Virus record (IMG/VR): IMGVR_UViG_3300045580_000289
Location: 1-39,799 of that record
Source: a virus
Lineage: Duplodnaviria; Caudoviricetes
Reading direction: 5' to 3' (one strand)
Length of the DNA stretch: 39,799 nucleotides
In this document: positions 25,804 through 35,209 of the stretch, piece after piece
How positions within the stretch are numbered: position 1 is the first letter of the stretch
Layout: the number at the start of each line of letters is the position of its first letter
Position numbers and translations under genes: made by a program
The notes under the pieces: model-generated
What the model was told of the DNA's origin: nothing
The model's database searches: none
The model's input: only the letters and a program-made list of their open reading frames with translations

Positions 25804-25978
25804 GTCAGAACGGCGTCAGAACGGGTCAGAACGTCGCATATATAATTCAACAGCTTAGACCAAAAAGCAACAGAAGCCGGCACTAACCTATCCCATTGAA
25901 ATCATTGGCCCCCGTTCTGACGCTGGATGCGCTCGCCCCGCTCGAGGGCCGCACTTATCCCGCGGCAGCATCAGAACG
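25804..25978. other. attP-like region with arm-type repeats and IHF-like boxes
   Basis: GTCAGAACG at 25804, 25815, 25825; inverted at 25913-25921; ATCAGAACG at 25970; ATTCAACAGCTTA at 25845-25857. Confidence 0.75.
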
Positions 25979-26036
25979 ATTTACTTTTGTGTTAAACCAA
26001 TTTGTGGTAGAGTTCAGCACGCCCGGAGACCCGCAA

Positions 26037-26264
26037 ATGAAGCATTCCGCCGCAATACTGGAGACCCGCCTCGAGGAGCTCGAGAAGGCCCACGGGTTCA
26101 TCGAGATGTATTACATCCTGCGGGCTGCAGAGCGCCTGACTGAGTGGGCGAAGGCCTACAACGGCCAGCCCGAAGAGGCGGGCCTCACGGTGGCCGTCCG
26201 GCGCCTTTACGAGATGGCGGAAGAGGTGAAAGCCTCACCGCTCCCGCCAGCCGAGATCACTTGA
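26037..26264 (+). CDS. Antisense moron-like small helical protein, 75 aa
   Basis: GGAG SD; own promoter-like motif; converges on last late gene with 8-nt overlap. Confidence 0.65.
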   Translation: MKHSAAILETRLEELEKAHGFIEMYYILRAAERLTEWAKAYNGQPEEAGLTVAVRRLYEMAEEVKASPLPPAEIT

Positions 26265-27801
26265 TCAGTTTCCGACCTTTGAGGAAGTCCAGCAGCTCGG
26301 GCGTGATCTTCTGCGACGGCGCCTGCCTGCCGAAGGTGTACCAGTCCGTCGAGAACATGACCCCTTCCGGGTTGATCCGCGCGTTATTCGCCTGCGCCCA
26401 GTCGTTGAAGAGATAACCCGCGGGAATGGGATCCTCGAGCCGCCCAACCGGCGTTCCGGGAACGCCTGCCGAATAGGTGCCGTGGTCGGAGGGCAGTGGC
26501 TTCCCGTTCGGGTCGACCCGGAAGATGGAGCCCCCAACGCGCTGCGGCGGCATCATGGCGAAATCGTCGTCCGTCATGGCAAACCGGATGGGTCCGATCT
26601 CTGGGGCCCCGAGCTCGCGCGCAGCACGCTTATCCAGCGCCTTCGTCATCATGGTGCGGATCTTGCCTTCGATGCCCGGTTGGTTGGTGAGCAGCAGCGC
26701 GCGGGTCTTCTTGATCGCCTCCGGGGTCTTGATGCCAGGGAAGGCCTTGGGATCGAACCCATCAACTTTCTGCGGGCCTGCCAGAAGGTTCTGGCGCACG
26801 TACTCGTCCAGGCTCTTCAAAGCCTTCTTTGTGTACTTGCCCGTCTGCAGCTCGGAAAGGACGGCGTCGATCACGCCGCTGTTGTAGTCGATGGCGTCGA
26901 AGCCCATGGTGCCGTGGGCCATGACAGGGCTTGCGCCTTCTTCCACGAGCTTCTTGGTTCGGTTGATGGCCGCCGTGGTCGGAGACGGAGCCCCGGCCCA
27001 AGCCGCGCCCTGCGCCATGCGCTTTGGGTCAACGGAATAGCGAGGCCCGCCGCCAGGGTTGACCGGCGACACGAGAGGCCGGCCATTGATCCCAACGATG
27101 GTGTCGATCGTCGCGGTATCGCCCGGCGTCATGGTGATTGTCTGGCCGAGCATATCCTCAAGCTTTAACTCCTGCACAGGCGCAGTGGGCGTCTCGACGA
27201 CCTCTTTCGTCCACTCTTCCGGCGCGGTGTCCTTCGGCCCACGTCGGGCGCCGTATTTCAGTTTCGTGTAGCTGTTGGCGAGATCTACCGGATCGACGCC
27301 CTTGGCCTTCGCCACATCCTGCAACGTCACGAGCTTTTTCTTGCCGCCCGGCGTCGGCGTGAAAAGCTCGGCCGCCAGCGCAATGGCCTTGCCCTTGCCG
27401 CTCTTCGGATCGGGCAACTTGCCGGCGACATCTTCCCACCAACCGATCGTCTCTTCCGAGGTCGGGGCTTTGGCCAGAACCTCGCCCGGCGTGCGCCAGC
27501 CCGAGGCCTTGTCAACGCCGATCGCGTCCATGCCCATGCCCCAGAGCTGGCCGATGTCGCCCACGAGGCCCGGCGTTCCCGCCACGGCCTTGTTGATGCC
27601 CACGCCCGCTGCGGTGATGTCATCCATCACGCGGCTGATAGACTGGCCAAAGGTCGGCTGCGGTGGAACCTTTACGCGCTGCTGAAACCGCTCAAACTGC
27701 GTCGGCTCGCGCTTCGACCGCGACGCGAGAAACGCCTGTAGCTGCTTTGTCTCCTTCGCCTTGGAGCTCTTGCCGAACGCATCTGCCGTCAGTCGCGCCA
27801 T
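26257..27801 (-). CDS. Putative ejection/internal virion protein with unidentified C-terminal globular domain, 514 aa
   Basis: Last gene of ejection block; AAGGA SD; low-complexity N-terminus and complex C-terminus. Confidence 0.65.
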   Translation of the reverse strand: MARLTADAFGKSSKAKETKQLQAFLASRSKREPTQFERFQQRVKVPPQPTFGQSISRVMDDITAAGVGINKAVAGTPGLVGDIGQLWGMGMDAIGVDKASGWRTPGEVLAKAPTSEETIGWWEDVAGKLPDPKSGKGKAIALAAELFTPTPGGKKKLVTLQDVAKAKGVDPVDLANSYTKLKYGARRGPKDTAPEEWTKEVVETPTAPVQELKLEDMLGQTITMTPGDTATIDTIVGINGRPLVSPVNPGGGPRYSVDPKRMAQGAAWAGAPSPTTAAINRTKKLVEEGASPVMAHGTMGFDAIDYNSGVIDAVLSELQTGKYTKKALKSLDEYVRQNLLAGPQKVDGFDPKAFPGIKTPEAIKKTRALLLTNQPGIEGKIRTMMTKALDKRAARELGAPEIGPIRFAMTDDDFAMMPPQRVGGSIFRVDPNGKPLPSDHGTYSAGVPGTPVGRLEDPIPAGYLFNDWAQANNARINPEGVMFSTDWYTFGRQAPSQKITPELLDFLKGRKLIK

Positions 27802-27813
27802 CGCCGTCAGTCC

Positions 27814-28734
27814 TTATCCAAAGATCTTGCCCAAAAGCCCGCCGAGAATGCCCCCGCCCGATGCCGGCATCTTCGGTGCATTCATCTTGCCCTGCAGCAT
27901 CGAGAGGATGCCTGCCTGGTTGCTCATGCCCCGCGGGTAGAGCCGCTTCTTGCCGGTGGGATCGAGGCCGGTGGCCTTGAGAATGTGGTCGAGCTGAGAC
28001 CTGTCACCGTCGTCAAACGCCTGCTGCGCGGTCATCTTCTGGAAGAGCGTCGGGCGAAAATCCTCGGTCGTCTGCCCAACGGCCGGTTGGATGTTGGGCA
28101 GGATGCCTTCCTGCTGACGCCGTGTCACTTGACGAGGCCCGCCCATGAAGCCGCCCATGTCGGTGCCCGCGCCGCCCTGCGGCAGAGCCGGTGAGTTGTC
28201 GGCGTAGAAAGTGATCTCCTCGCCCGGCCGCGTCTCGGCATACGGGCTTCCTGGCGGGTAGTAGGTCTCTGCGGGCTTCCGGTAGCCCGCCATCGTGCCG
28301 CGGCCGGGGCCTGCACCTTGCGGCTCGGCTGGCGACACGCCGAGCGCCTTCGCCCCGGCGATGCCGTCCCAGATCCCCACGTTCACGTTCTTGCGGCCGA
28401 ACCAGCGGCCCCAGCCATCCTTGGCTGCGGTATCGAGGGCGAAATCGATGCCCTGCTTCCAGGTTGAGGGATCCGCCGGGTTCATCCCGGTGGCCCTCAC
28501 AAAATCGTTACCGAGGCCCTGCCGGTAGCCCTTGGGCGCGACGTGTAGCTGGAAGGGCCCGTAGGATCGCTCCCGGCCATAGTCGAGCATGCCCGTCGCC
28601 TGCCACGTATTCGGCGCCAGGCCTTCGCTGCGGGCCACGCGCACCGCAATATCGGGGTCGATGCCACGGGCCTGCGCCGCCTGGCGGATGTAGGCCTCCA
28701 TCTCCTGAACGCTGGGAAGCTGCATCGGCGTCAA
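27814..28734 (-). CDS. Virion-associated lytic transglycosylase/lysozyme-fold ejection protein, 306 aa
   Basis: YIRQAA..RGIDPD.AVRVARSEG...SYGPFQL...GW..W.G; amphipathic C-terminus. Confidence 0.8.
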   Translation of the reverse strand: MTPMQLPSVQEMEAYIRQAAQARGIDPDIAVRVARSEGLAPNTWQATGMLDYGRERSYGPFQLHVAPKGYRQGLGNDFVRATGMNPADPSTWKQGIDFALDTAAKDGWGRWFGRKNVNVGIWDGIAGAKALGVSPAEPQGAGPGRGTMAGYRKPAETYYPPGSPYAETRPGEEITFYADNSPALPQGGAGTDMGGFMGGPRQVTRRQQEGILPNIQPAVGQTTEDFRPTLFQKMTAQQAFDDGDRSQLDHILKATGLDPTGKKRLYPRGMSNQAGILSMLQGKMNAPKMPASGGGILGGLLGKIFG

Positions 28735-28779
28735 TCCTTTTTACGTGCTGCGGAAACTACGGAGTGGTATGTGTCGGGC

Positions 28780-28893
28780 ATGGACAAGGAACCGATCTTT
28801 TTGCCGGGCGCCGGCATTCGCATCCTCATCGTCGTGGTCTCGGTGGTCTTCATGCATTACTGGGCCAAATTCGTCTGGGGGTTGTTCTTCTGA
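28780..28893 (+). CDS. Antisense 37-aa membrane peptide MDKEPIFLPGAGIRILIVVVSVVFMHYWAKFVWGLFF
   Basis: Read manually; hydrophobic; upstream motif shared with 26037 gene. Confidence 0.55.
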   Translation: MDKEPIFLPGAGIRILIVVVSVVFMHYWAKFVWGLFF

Positions 28894-30710
28894 AGCTCCA
28901 GCAGCAAGGCCCTCATCAGCGCCTCGGCCTCGACCTTTGAAAGCCGCTCCAGCACGTTCGGCCCAACAAGCTGGGCAGAGGGCAGAGCGCCCTTGCTAGT
29001 AAGCAACCGCGCTGTTTCTGGCGCCACCCGCATCTGTGTGCGGGATGTGATCTGCTGCCCGACCTTTGGCGCCGTGCGCCGAGCCAGTGCGCTCAGTACG
29101 CCTGTGACGCCCATGGTGAAGGGATCGTAGTCTGAGAGATAGCCACCGAAGCCGGCACCGGCCACGCCTGCGCCGCCAGCTTCAATAAGCTGCCTTGCTG
29201 TAGTCGAATTGCCTAGAGTTTTATTCAAAGCATTGAAGAGCTTTTCACGCTCGATCGCAGCATCAATATCCGTAGCCTTGACCCCTAGGGCTGCTTTGGA
29301 AGCCTCGCGACCCGAGGGCGTGGCAAATTCCGTCATTGCCGCTTCGGAATTGTTGTTGTTCAGAAGGCGCTGTGTTTTCGTCTGAGCATAAGCCGCAGCA
29401 ACGTTCTTGGCGTTGTCAGGTTCGACCTTTGCAGCCCGCTTTGGTGCATCCATCGGCACGTTGCGCTGCCCAAGCTCCTCACCAAGTTGGAAAGCCTCTT
29501 CAGCCTTATAAGCCTTCTGGCGCAGCGCGCGGGCTGCGGCGTACTCGTTGCCATCGAGAAGCACGTCCATTTGAGAGCGAAGATGCTTAGCGAGATCTGA
29601 ATAGACATCAGCCATCGGATCGCTTTCGCGGTAGGCTTTCGTCGCCAGCTTGTCGAGAATGCGTTTTGTTTCATCGAGCACCGCCAGATTTCCGCCGCCC
29701 TCACCCCTCGTGGCAATACGAGTGGCGACATTCTCGGAGGCTTGGTCAAATGCTTTCTTGCCAACCGGCGTAGTCAGAACGTCTTGAAAGAATTCGAGTG
29801 GAACGTCAGCCCCGGCCTGGCGGGCTGTGTCATACGCCGCAGAGATTTGCGGACGGACCGCCTTGTAAGCCTCCTGCTGGAGCTCCTCGACCGTCTTGCG
29901 AGAGCCCTGCGGCACGCCGCCAGCTTTCTGCACGTCTGCCACGAGGCGGGTGTTCTGATTGGCCTTGCGCGCTTGCGCGAAGGTCTCAATCGTCTCTCGA
30001 GCGCCGGGGTTTACGTTAGCAGCACGGCGTGCGACAGCCCTGCCCGGCTCGCCGAGCACATCGACGCGCACCGCGTCAGGCCCAAGCTTTGCGATCTCAC
30101 GGTCCATGCTCATGGCATTGAACGGACCGAAGCGATCATCAGCCATAGCCGCAATCTCACCCGCAGCTCGCGTCTCCGGTGGCAGCGTGATGTTCTTGAT
30201 TGCCTTGCCAGCCTTATCGAGCCCCCAGCCCACGGCCTTACCGGCTGCATAGCCACCGCCGCCGATCAGGGCGCCAGCGCCCCCGCCCGTGGCAGTGTTC
30301 TGCAGCCGCTCCGGGATGCTCTCGGCATCCTGCAGAGCACCGCCCGCAGCGCCATATCCAGCGCCTGTCAGGAGCGCGCCAAGAATACCCTTGCCGACAA
30401 CAGGAAGTCTCGCCACGCCTAGCGCAAGCCCACCGGCATCACCCACGCGGGCCATCACCGGACTGTCCTGATTGTACTGCGCCTGCGCCGCCCGAAGGTC
30501 GGCCAGGTTTTCGTTGTACTGGTTGGAATAGTCGAACCCGCGGCCGCCAATGGCGTTTACCGTGGCGTCAAGCAGCGCCGTCAAAGCAGCGCCGCCCTTG
30601 GTGGCCCCGCCCATGGTGAGCGTGTCCATGGCTTGGCGAGAGCTGTCCCAATACTCAGCAGGCTGCTCAATGACGCGAAATTTCTTATCGCCCTTGACCT
30701 TGTATTTCAC
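28857..30710 (-). CDS. Large ejection (DNA transfer) protein
   Basis: Gly/Ala-rich TM-like hairpins, helical body, NSTTARQL motif; GTG 30710 coupled to upstream stop with AGGAGG SD. Confidence 0.78.
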   Translation of the reverse strand: MKYKVKGDKKFRVIEQPAEYWDSSRQAMDTLTMGGATKGGAALTALLDATVNAIGGRGFDYSNQYNENLADLRAAQAQYNQDSPVMARVGDAGGLALGVARLPVVGKGILGALLTGAGYGAAGGALQDAESIPERLQNTATGGGAGALIGGGGYAAGKAVGWGLDKAGKAIKNITLPPETRAAGEIAAMADDRFGPFNAMSMDREIAKLGPDAVRVDVLGEPGRAVARRAANVNPGARETIETFAQARKANQNTRLVADVQKAGGVPQGSRKTVEELQQEAYKAVRPQISAAYDTARQAGADVPLEFFQDVLTTPVGKKAFDQASENVATRIATRGEGGGNLAVLDETKRILDKLATKAYRESDPMADVYSDLAKHLRSQMDVLLDGNEYAAARALRQKAYKAEEAFQLGEELGQRNVPMDAPKRAAKVEPDNAKNVAAAYAQTKTQRLLNNNNSEAAMTEFATPSGREASKAALGVKATDIDAAIEREKLFNALNKTLGNSTTARQLIEAGGAGVAGAGFGGYLSDYDPFTMGVTGVLSALARRTAPKVGQQITSRTQMRVAPETARLLTSKGALPSAQLVGPNVLERLSKVEAEALMRALLLELQKNNPQTNLAQ

Positions 30711-32182
30711 TGGGCCTCCTTCCAGGTGCCACCATCGAGCACCCACAGCTTGCCATTGCGCTTCCAGTACGTGCGGCCGTCCTCGCCTTCGGCTTGACGC
30801 CCTTCAGGGATGTCATCGGCCGTTGCATCAAAGCCTCCGGTAGCCTGTTGCGGCGAACTTTGAGTTGAAGGCTGGTTCTGCTGCGCTGGAGCCTGAAGCT
30901 CTCGACGCGGGGGCCCGCCATTGGGGCCGTGAACCGTATCCTGGTAGAGGTTCCAGAGGCGGTTGAGGTTGTAGCGAAGCTGATCCTCGCCCTGGCTCAG
31001 TTCGACGCTACCGAGTGCCGAGCGCAGCAGCGCCAGATCTGCGTCACTGACTGCGCCCAGAGCTGCACCCGTTGGGGAGTTCTGGCGCATTTTCTGGATG
31101 CCATCGAGCGTGATGACACTGCCGATCGTCTGCGTGAGACCTTTGAGGTTTGCGGCATTCGTGCCGCCAATCTTCGCAGCAGCAGTTGCGCCAAAGCCGG
31201 TAGCTGGGTTGTACCAGGTGTCGCCGTCGAGGATCGCGATCGAGCGGTCAATCTCCTGCGTGACGAGGTCAACGGTCTGCTGCCTCTGGTCCTGCACGCC
31301 CTGCGCCTTTTGGGCTTGCGTGTTCCGCTCGGCTTCAGCCGGCCCGCCGGGAATGACCTCAAGACGGTAACGCCCGTCCTCGCCTTTGACGGCTTGATAG
31401 CCAGGCGGGATTGTGCCGATCTCGCTGCCCATGTTCACCGTGACGCCATTCCCAGAGACAACGAAAGGCTTGCCAGAGACAGTGTCGATCGCAAGCGGCG
31501 TCTCAGGTGCGACACCAAACTGACGCTTCTCGTCAAGAGTAGCGGGACGATAAGTTGCCTCGGGCTTCTGCATAGACATCTTCCATTGCGCGTAAGGCTG
31601 AATAGGCAAGCCCTGTTGCTCGCGCATATTCTGGTCATTGAGATAAAGCCCCATCTCGCCATCCGGCATCTGAGGCTGGGCCGGAATTAGCAGCTCGGGC
31701 TGCGCGTTCGGGTCGTTTGGCAGTCGGTAAAGAGCGCCGCCAACCTCAACCGTCTTCGGCTCCGCGCCGGGGCCCTGGATCCACAGCTCGGGCTGGGCAT
31801 TCGGGTCATTCGGGTTGCCGCGGTAAACACTGCCGCCCACTGTGAACGTATCGAGCTGCGGAGGCGCCAGAAGCGTCTTGTAGTATTCTGAGATGAGGCT
31901 GGCGCCGACCTCGGGAGGGGCGCCCTCGAGGAACTGCGCCAGGCGAGGGTTCTTGTCCGCCATGCCAGCAGCCTGGTTCTGCAGCCATTTCTTCTGCTGC
32001 ATCTGCTCGGCAATCCTGCGCCTGCGGTCCTGCATGGCGGCCACGGCCGGGGCGATGTTTGCCACCTGGCCCTGATCCATGGCCTGCAGCACCTGGCCGG
32101 CAAGCATGAGCTTCATGCCAAAGTCAGAGCCCATGCCGTTCTCGTCCTGCGGTAGGCCCAAGAGATTTCCGAGAATGCCCAT
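30707..32182 (-). CDS. Ejection protein (P22 gp20-position), 491 aa
   Basis: G.IPPGY...IPGGPA, SPTG.ALG.VS..DL.LL; AGGAGG SD. Confidence 0.78.
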   Translation of the reverse strand: MGILGNLLGLPQDENGMGSDFGMKLMLAGQVLQAMDQGQVANIAPAVAAMQDRRRRIAEQMQQKKWLQNQAAGMADKNPRLAQFLEGAPPEVGASLISEYYKTLLAPPQLDTFTVGGSVYRGNPNDPNAQPELWIQGPGAEPKTVEVGGALYRLPNDPNAQPELLIPAQPQMPDGEMGLYLNDQNMREQQGLPIQPYAQWKMSMQKPEATYRPATLDEKRQFGVAPETPLAIDTVSGKPFVVSGNGVTVNMGSEIGTIPPGYQAVKGEDGRYRLEVIPGGPAEAERNTQAQKAQGVQDQRQQTVDLVTQEIDRSIAILDGDTWYNPATGFGATAAAKIGGTNAANLKGLTQTIGSVITLDGIQKMRQNSPTGAALGAVSDADLALLRSALGSVELSQGEDQLRYNLNRLWNLYQDTVHGPNGGPPRRELQAPAQQNQPSTQSSPQQATGGFDATADDIPEGRQAEGEDGRTYWKRNGKLWVLDGGTWKEAQ

Positions 32183-32192
32183 CTAGGCCTCC

Positions 32193-33290
32193 TTAAAGAA
32201 ACATTCCGCCGATCTGAGCGATAGATCCGAGGATCCCGCCAATGCCGGGGCTGGAGCTGGTGGTCACGGTGCCCTTGGTGTTCGACGTGCCGTAGCCGTT
32301 CGGGCTTTGCGTCGCGCCAAAGTAACGGGCCAAGCCCACATCACCGTAGTTTTGCCAGCCCAGCGTCTGCGCCTTGATCGCGTCGAGGATCGACTGCATC
32401 TGCTGCTGTTGCTGGTTGCCCGCGGCCATGGTGCGCTGCTCGAGGTTCTGGCCCATGCCGAAGCCCTGCTGCGCGAGGCCGCCGAGCTGCTGCTGTCCGA
32501 ACTGTTGCTGGTTCTGGCCCATGCTGGCCATGCTCTGCCCCAGCCCACCGAGACCAGAGAGACCGGACTGGCCCAGACCGCCAAGGCCCGACACGCCGAA
32601 CTGGCCAAGGCTCGAGAGCCCCGAGGCGCCCTGCCCCGCCATGTTGGCGAGGCCAGCAGCACCCGCCTGCATCATGCCGGCATTCATGCCCTGGTTCGCC
32701 TGCTGGGCCTGGAAATTCCGGTTGATGTCGTTGGTGGCCATGCTCTGGGCATTGCCGAAGTTCTGGAAATTGAGGTTGGCAAGCGTCTGCGCGCGGGTCT
32801 GATCGAAATTCCGATTGTTCTCGGCCTGCTGAATGGCCATGCGATCGCCGCCGAAAGCACCGGCGCGCTGCGCCTGGTCCTGAATGGCGAGATCCTGCAG
32901 CTTCTCCTGCCGCCCGAGCTCGCCCATCGTGGCGTCGGTCACCTGGCGCTGGAAGGGGTTCATGTAGCCGCCGAGGTCCGTGCCGGCGAGCGACTGCTCC
33001 TGGATCTGGCTCGGGCTCATGCCCGCCATCCGGTTATAGGCGCCCGTCGCACCGCCGAGCTGCTGGCCCATCTGCCCGAAGAGGCCCATGCCCTGCCTCA
33101 GACCGCGCTGCGCCTGACCATAGCCGCGCATGGCGCCGGGCATGCCGCCTGCCATCATGCCGTAACCGGCCGAGGCCTGATCCATCTGCCCGAGGCCGCT
33201 GCCCAGCATGCCAAGGCCCTGACCGTACATGCCACCGGCATTGCCTGCGGCCTGACTGAAGAGATTAAAGGTCTGATTTGCGAGGCTCAT
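32193..33290 (-). CDS. Gly/Gln-rich ejection (pilot) protein, 365 aa
   Basis: YMNPFQ.QV, AGAFGG.R, C-terminal GGILGSIAQIGGMFL. Confidence 0.8.
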   Translation of the reverse strand: MSLANQTFNLFSQAAGNAGGMYGQGLGMLGSGLGQMDQASAGYGMMAGGMPGAMRGYGQAQRGLRQGMGLFGQMGQQLGGATGAYNRMAGMSPSQIQEQSLAGTDLGGYMNPFQRQVTDATMGELGRQEKLQDLAIQDQAQRAGAFGGDRMAIQQAENNRNFDQTRAQTLANLNFQNFGNAQSMATNDINRNFQAQQANQGMNAGMMQAGAAGLANMAGQGASGLSSLGQFGVSGLGGLGQSGLSGLGGLGQSMASMGQNQQQFGQQQLGGLAQQGFGMGQNLEQRTMAAGNQQQQQMQSILDAIKAQTLGWQNYGDVGLARYFGATQSPNGYGTSNTKGTVTTSSSPGIGGILGSIAQIGGMFL

Positions 33291-33293
33291 GGC

Positions 33294-34043
33294 TCACCAC
33301 CACTTGGCAGGGTTGACGTAGTTGGTCGCCGGCGCCTGCTGCACCGGAGCCGGTGCTGCGGGCTTCTTGTACCAAGGCATCACCGTGTTCGGGTCGATGC
33401 CCTGCCGCAGCGCCTTGTTGAATTGATCCTGATAGATCTGGCCGCCAGAAATGCCCGGAATGCCGATCGAGTAGAACACGTCGGCGACGCCACCCATGCT
33501 GTTATTGCCGGGCTTTTTCTGGACGCCGAACGGGAAGAGGCCGCCCATAGCACCCGATGCCGAGCCGCTGGAAGAGGCCGAGGATGCGCTCGCCTTTGCA
33601 GCCGTGTCGCCGACGTTCCAGGGGCTGTTGGCCACGGCATTGGCAGGCTTTGACGGATTGGCGAGAAGATCGCCTCCGAACTGCGTGAGGAGGTCATACT
33701 GCTTCGGCATGCGCTCGCGCAGCAGCTCGAGGTTCCGCATCATGCCCGGCGCCGAGGCGTAGCCAGCAACGCCCGAGCCGTCGACGGTCGCCTGCGGCAT
33801 GCCTGCCATGGCATCGACCCGGCCGGTGCCGTCTGACGCGCTCATCCAGTCCGAGGCAGACTGCATGGCCCGCTGCTGCATGGGGGTGAAGGCCGCGACC
33901 TCGTTGCCCATGTAAGGCACGAAGCCTGCCTGGTTGATGCGGTCTGCGACCTGGAGCGACTTGATTGCCGCGTCCTCGAACCACTTGGGCGGCTTATTGA
34001 CCGTCGAGCTGTTCGTCTTCTGCTTTTGGGATCCGCCACCCAT
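33294..34043 (-). CDS. Ejection protein with MGGG..T..S...P.W N-terminus, 249 aa
   Basis: GAAGGAG SD before ATG 34043; PY.G..VA.FTP.Q..A. Confidence 0.75.
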   Translation of the reverse strand: MGGGSQKQKTNSSTVNKPPKWFEDAAIKSLQVADRINQAGFVPYMGNEVAAFTPMQQRAMQSASDWMSASDGTGRVDAMAGMPQATVDGSGVAGYASAPGMMRNLELLRERMPKQYDLLTQFGGDLLANPSKPANAVANSPWNVGDTAAKASASSASSSGSASGAMGGLFPFGVQKKPGNNSMGGVADVFYSIGIPGISGGQIYQDQFNKALRQGIDPNTVMPWYKKPAAPAPVQQAPATNYVNPAKWW

Positions 34044-34045
34044 GG

Positions 34046-34435
34046 TTAGATCTCCTTCTCGAGATATGCGAGGGGCTGCTTCCAGCCCTGTTTCATTACG
34101 CGACGCACAAAGCCCTTCCGGCAGAGCGTCACCATCTTCTTCGCGCCAATCATCTGACCCCAGATCCTGACGACACCCTCGAGTTGCTCGAGGGCGGACT
34201 GAGATCCGCCGCCCACGAGGACGTGAAGGTGAAGGCCACTTGCCCACTGCTGCGGGTCGACGACAACAAAACCCTCGGGCGTGGCAAACATGAAGAACCG
34301 GCCCTCGTCGACGCCATCGGCCAGCTCCTCGAAATCCATCACGTTACCGCCGGCCGCGAGAGCCTTCTCCACCTGGGGCCGCCAGGCAGCGAGGTCGTGG
34401 CCAGTGCCGAGGATATGTCGCGTCAGTGCGTTCAC
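34046..34435 (-). CDS. GNAT-fold virion assembly protein, 129 aa
   Basis: LHV..GGG....L..L......W....G.......RKG..R.....GW; precedes ejection genes. Confidence 0.7.
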   Translation of the reverse strand: MNALTRHILGTGHDLAAWRPQVEKALAAGGNVMDFEELADGVDEGRFFMFATPEGFVVVDPQQWASGLHLHVLVGGGSQSALEQLEGVVRIWGQMIGAKKMVTLCRKGFVRRVMKQGWKQPLAYLEKEI

Positions 34436-34659
34436 TGGCTCGGGCTCTTCGACACGATGGGCTTGTTTGCCGTGCGCTCGACGCCGATCGCGACGATCGC
34501 GGCCGTGACGAGCGACATGATCCAGTCCTCGGCGCTCTTAGGAATGTTGACGCCACCGCCCTGCTCGATCGACTGAATGATCAGCGTGGCGAGGCCTGTC
34601 AGGAAGAACGCCACGACGGCCTTGAGGCGGCTGAGTAGCAGTCCGTAGAAGAGGCTCAT
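34432..34659 (-). CDS. Holin-like protein with two TM segments, 75 aa
   Basis: KAVVAFFLTGLATLII and WIMSLVTAAIVAIGV...NK. Confidence 0.65.
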   Translation of the reverse strand: MSLFYGLLLSRLKAVVAFFLTGLATLIIQSIEQGGGVNIPKSAEDWIMSLVTAAIVAIGVERTANKPIVSKSPSQ

Positions 34660-34919
34660 TTCAGTTTCTCCTTGTTGAAAAGGACGGCCCGAAGCGCGAG
34701 AACATCCTCGCGCATGTAGTCCACGTTCTGCTCAAGCCTAATGATGCGCTCGCTCTGTTTTTGCATGCTTTCGCTTGCAACCACCATGCGCTCAATCTGG
34801 TAATCAATCTGGGTTTTCCACTGCACGGTATAGACCGTCATGCCGAGCGCCCAGATGACGAATGGAATGAGTGCCAGGAGCGGCGTCCGCTTCAGTAAAT
34901 CATTGAGCATCAGCGTCAT
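34656..34919 (-). CDS. Single-TM coiled-coil protein (lysis-associated?), 87 aa
   Basis: TM then ERIIRLEQNV coiled coil; GGAGG SD. Confidence 0.6.
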   Translation of the reverse strand: MTLMLNDLLKRTPLLALIPFVIWALGMTVYTVQWKTQIDYQIERMVVASESMQKQSERIIRLEQNVDYMREDVLALRAVLFNKEKLK

Positions 34920-35209
34920 CCGCACCTCCAAACACTACCGTCGAAATACACTGTGACCCCAACGGTGCCGCCTCCGGTGACTGCCGTTGCAAAGGTCGGG
35001 GTTGTCGCGTCAGTCACGTAGCCCCGCACGCCAGCCTGGGCGTCGACAGGCAACTCCGACACGAGGCAGGCCGGGAGGAAGCCAGCAAGCAGGCTCTCGC
35101 GGATCTGTACGTTGTTACGGCGGATGACTTCCTCGATGCGGCGATTGCGCTGCCGCTCGTGGGCCGGGTCGTAAACAGGTGACGGCTGGACGAGGGTCAC
35201 GTCGCTCAT
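34916..35209 (-). CDS. Tail needle/plug-position protein, 97 aa
   Basis: Follows nozzle; C-terminal LP.....G.RGYVTDAT..TF...V.GGG...V.VYFDG..W..G. Confidence 0.6.
   Translation of the reverse strand: MSDVTLVQPSPVYDPAHERQRNRRIEEVIRRNNVQIRESLLAGFLPACLVSELPVDAQAGVRGYVTDATTPTFATAVTGGGTVGVTVYFDGSVWRCG

Noticed and set aside
25804-25833. CRISPR-like or mini-array repeat
   Set aside because: Units are 9 bp with 1-2 bp gaps and no spacers; position after int fits arm-binding sites
25860-25980. tRNA or tmRNA fragment at att site
   Set aside because: No T-arm GTTCGA or CCA-end pattern seen on either strand
2749-33296. Genome-wide TGA recoding
   Set aside because: Many genes end in TGA with ATGA/GTGA overlaps and conserved genes are intact under the standard code
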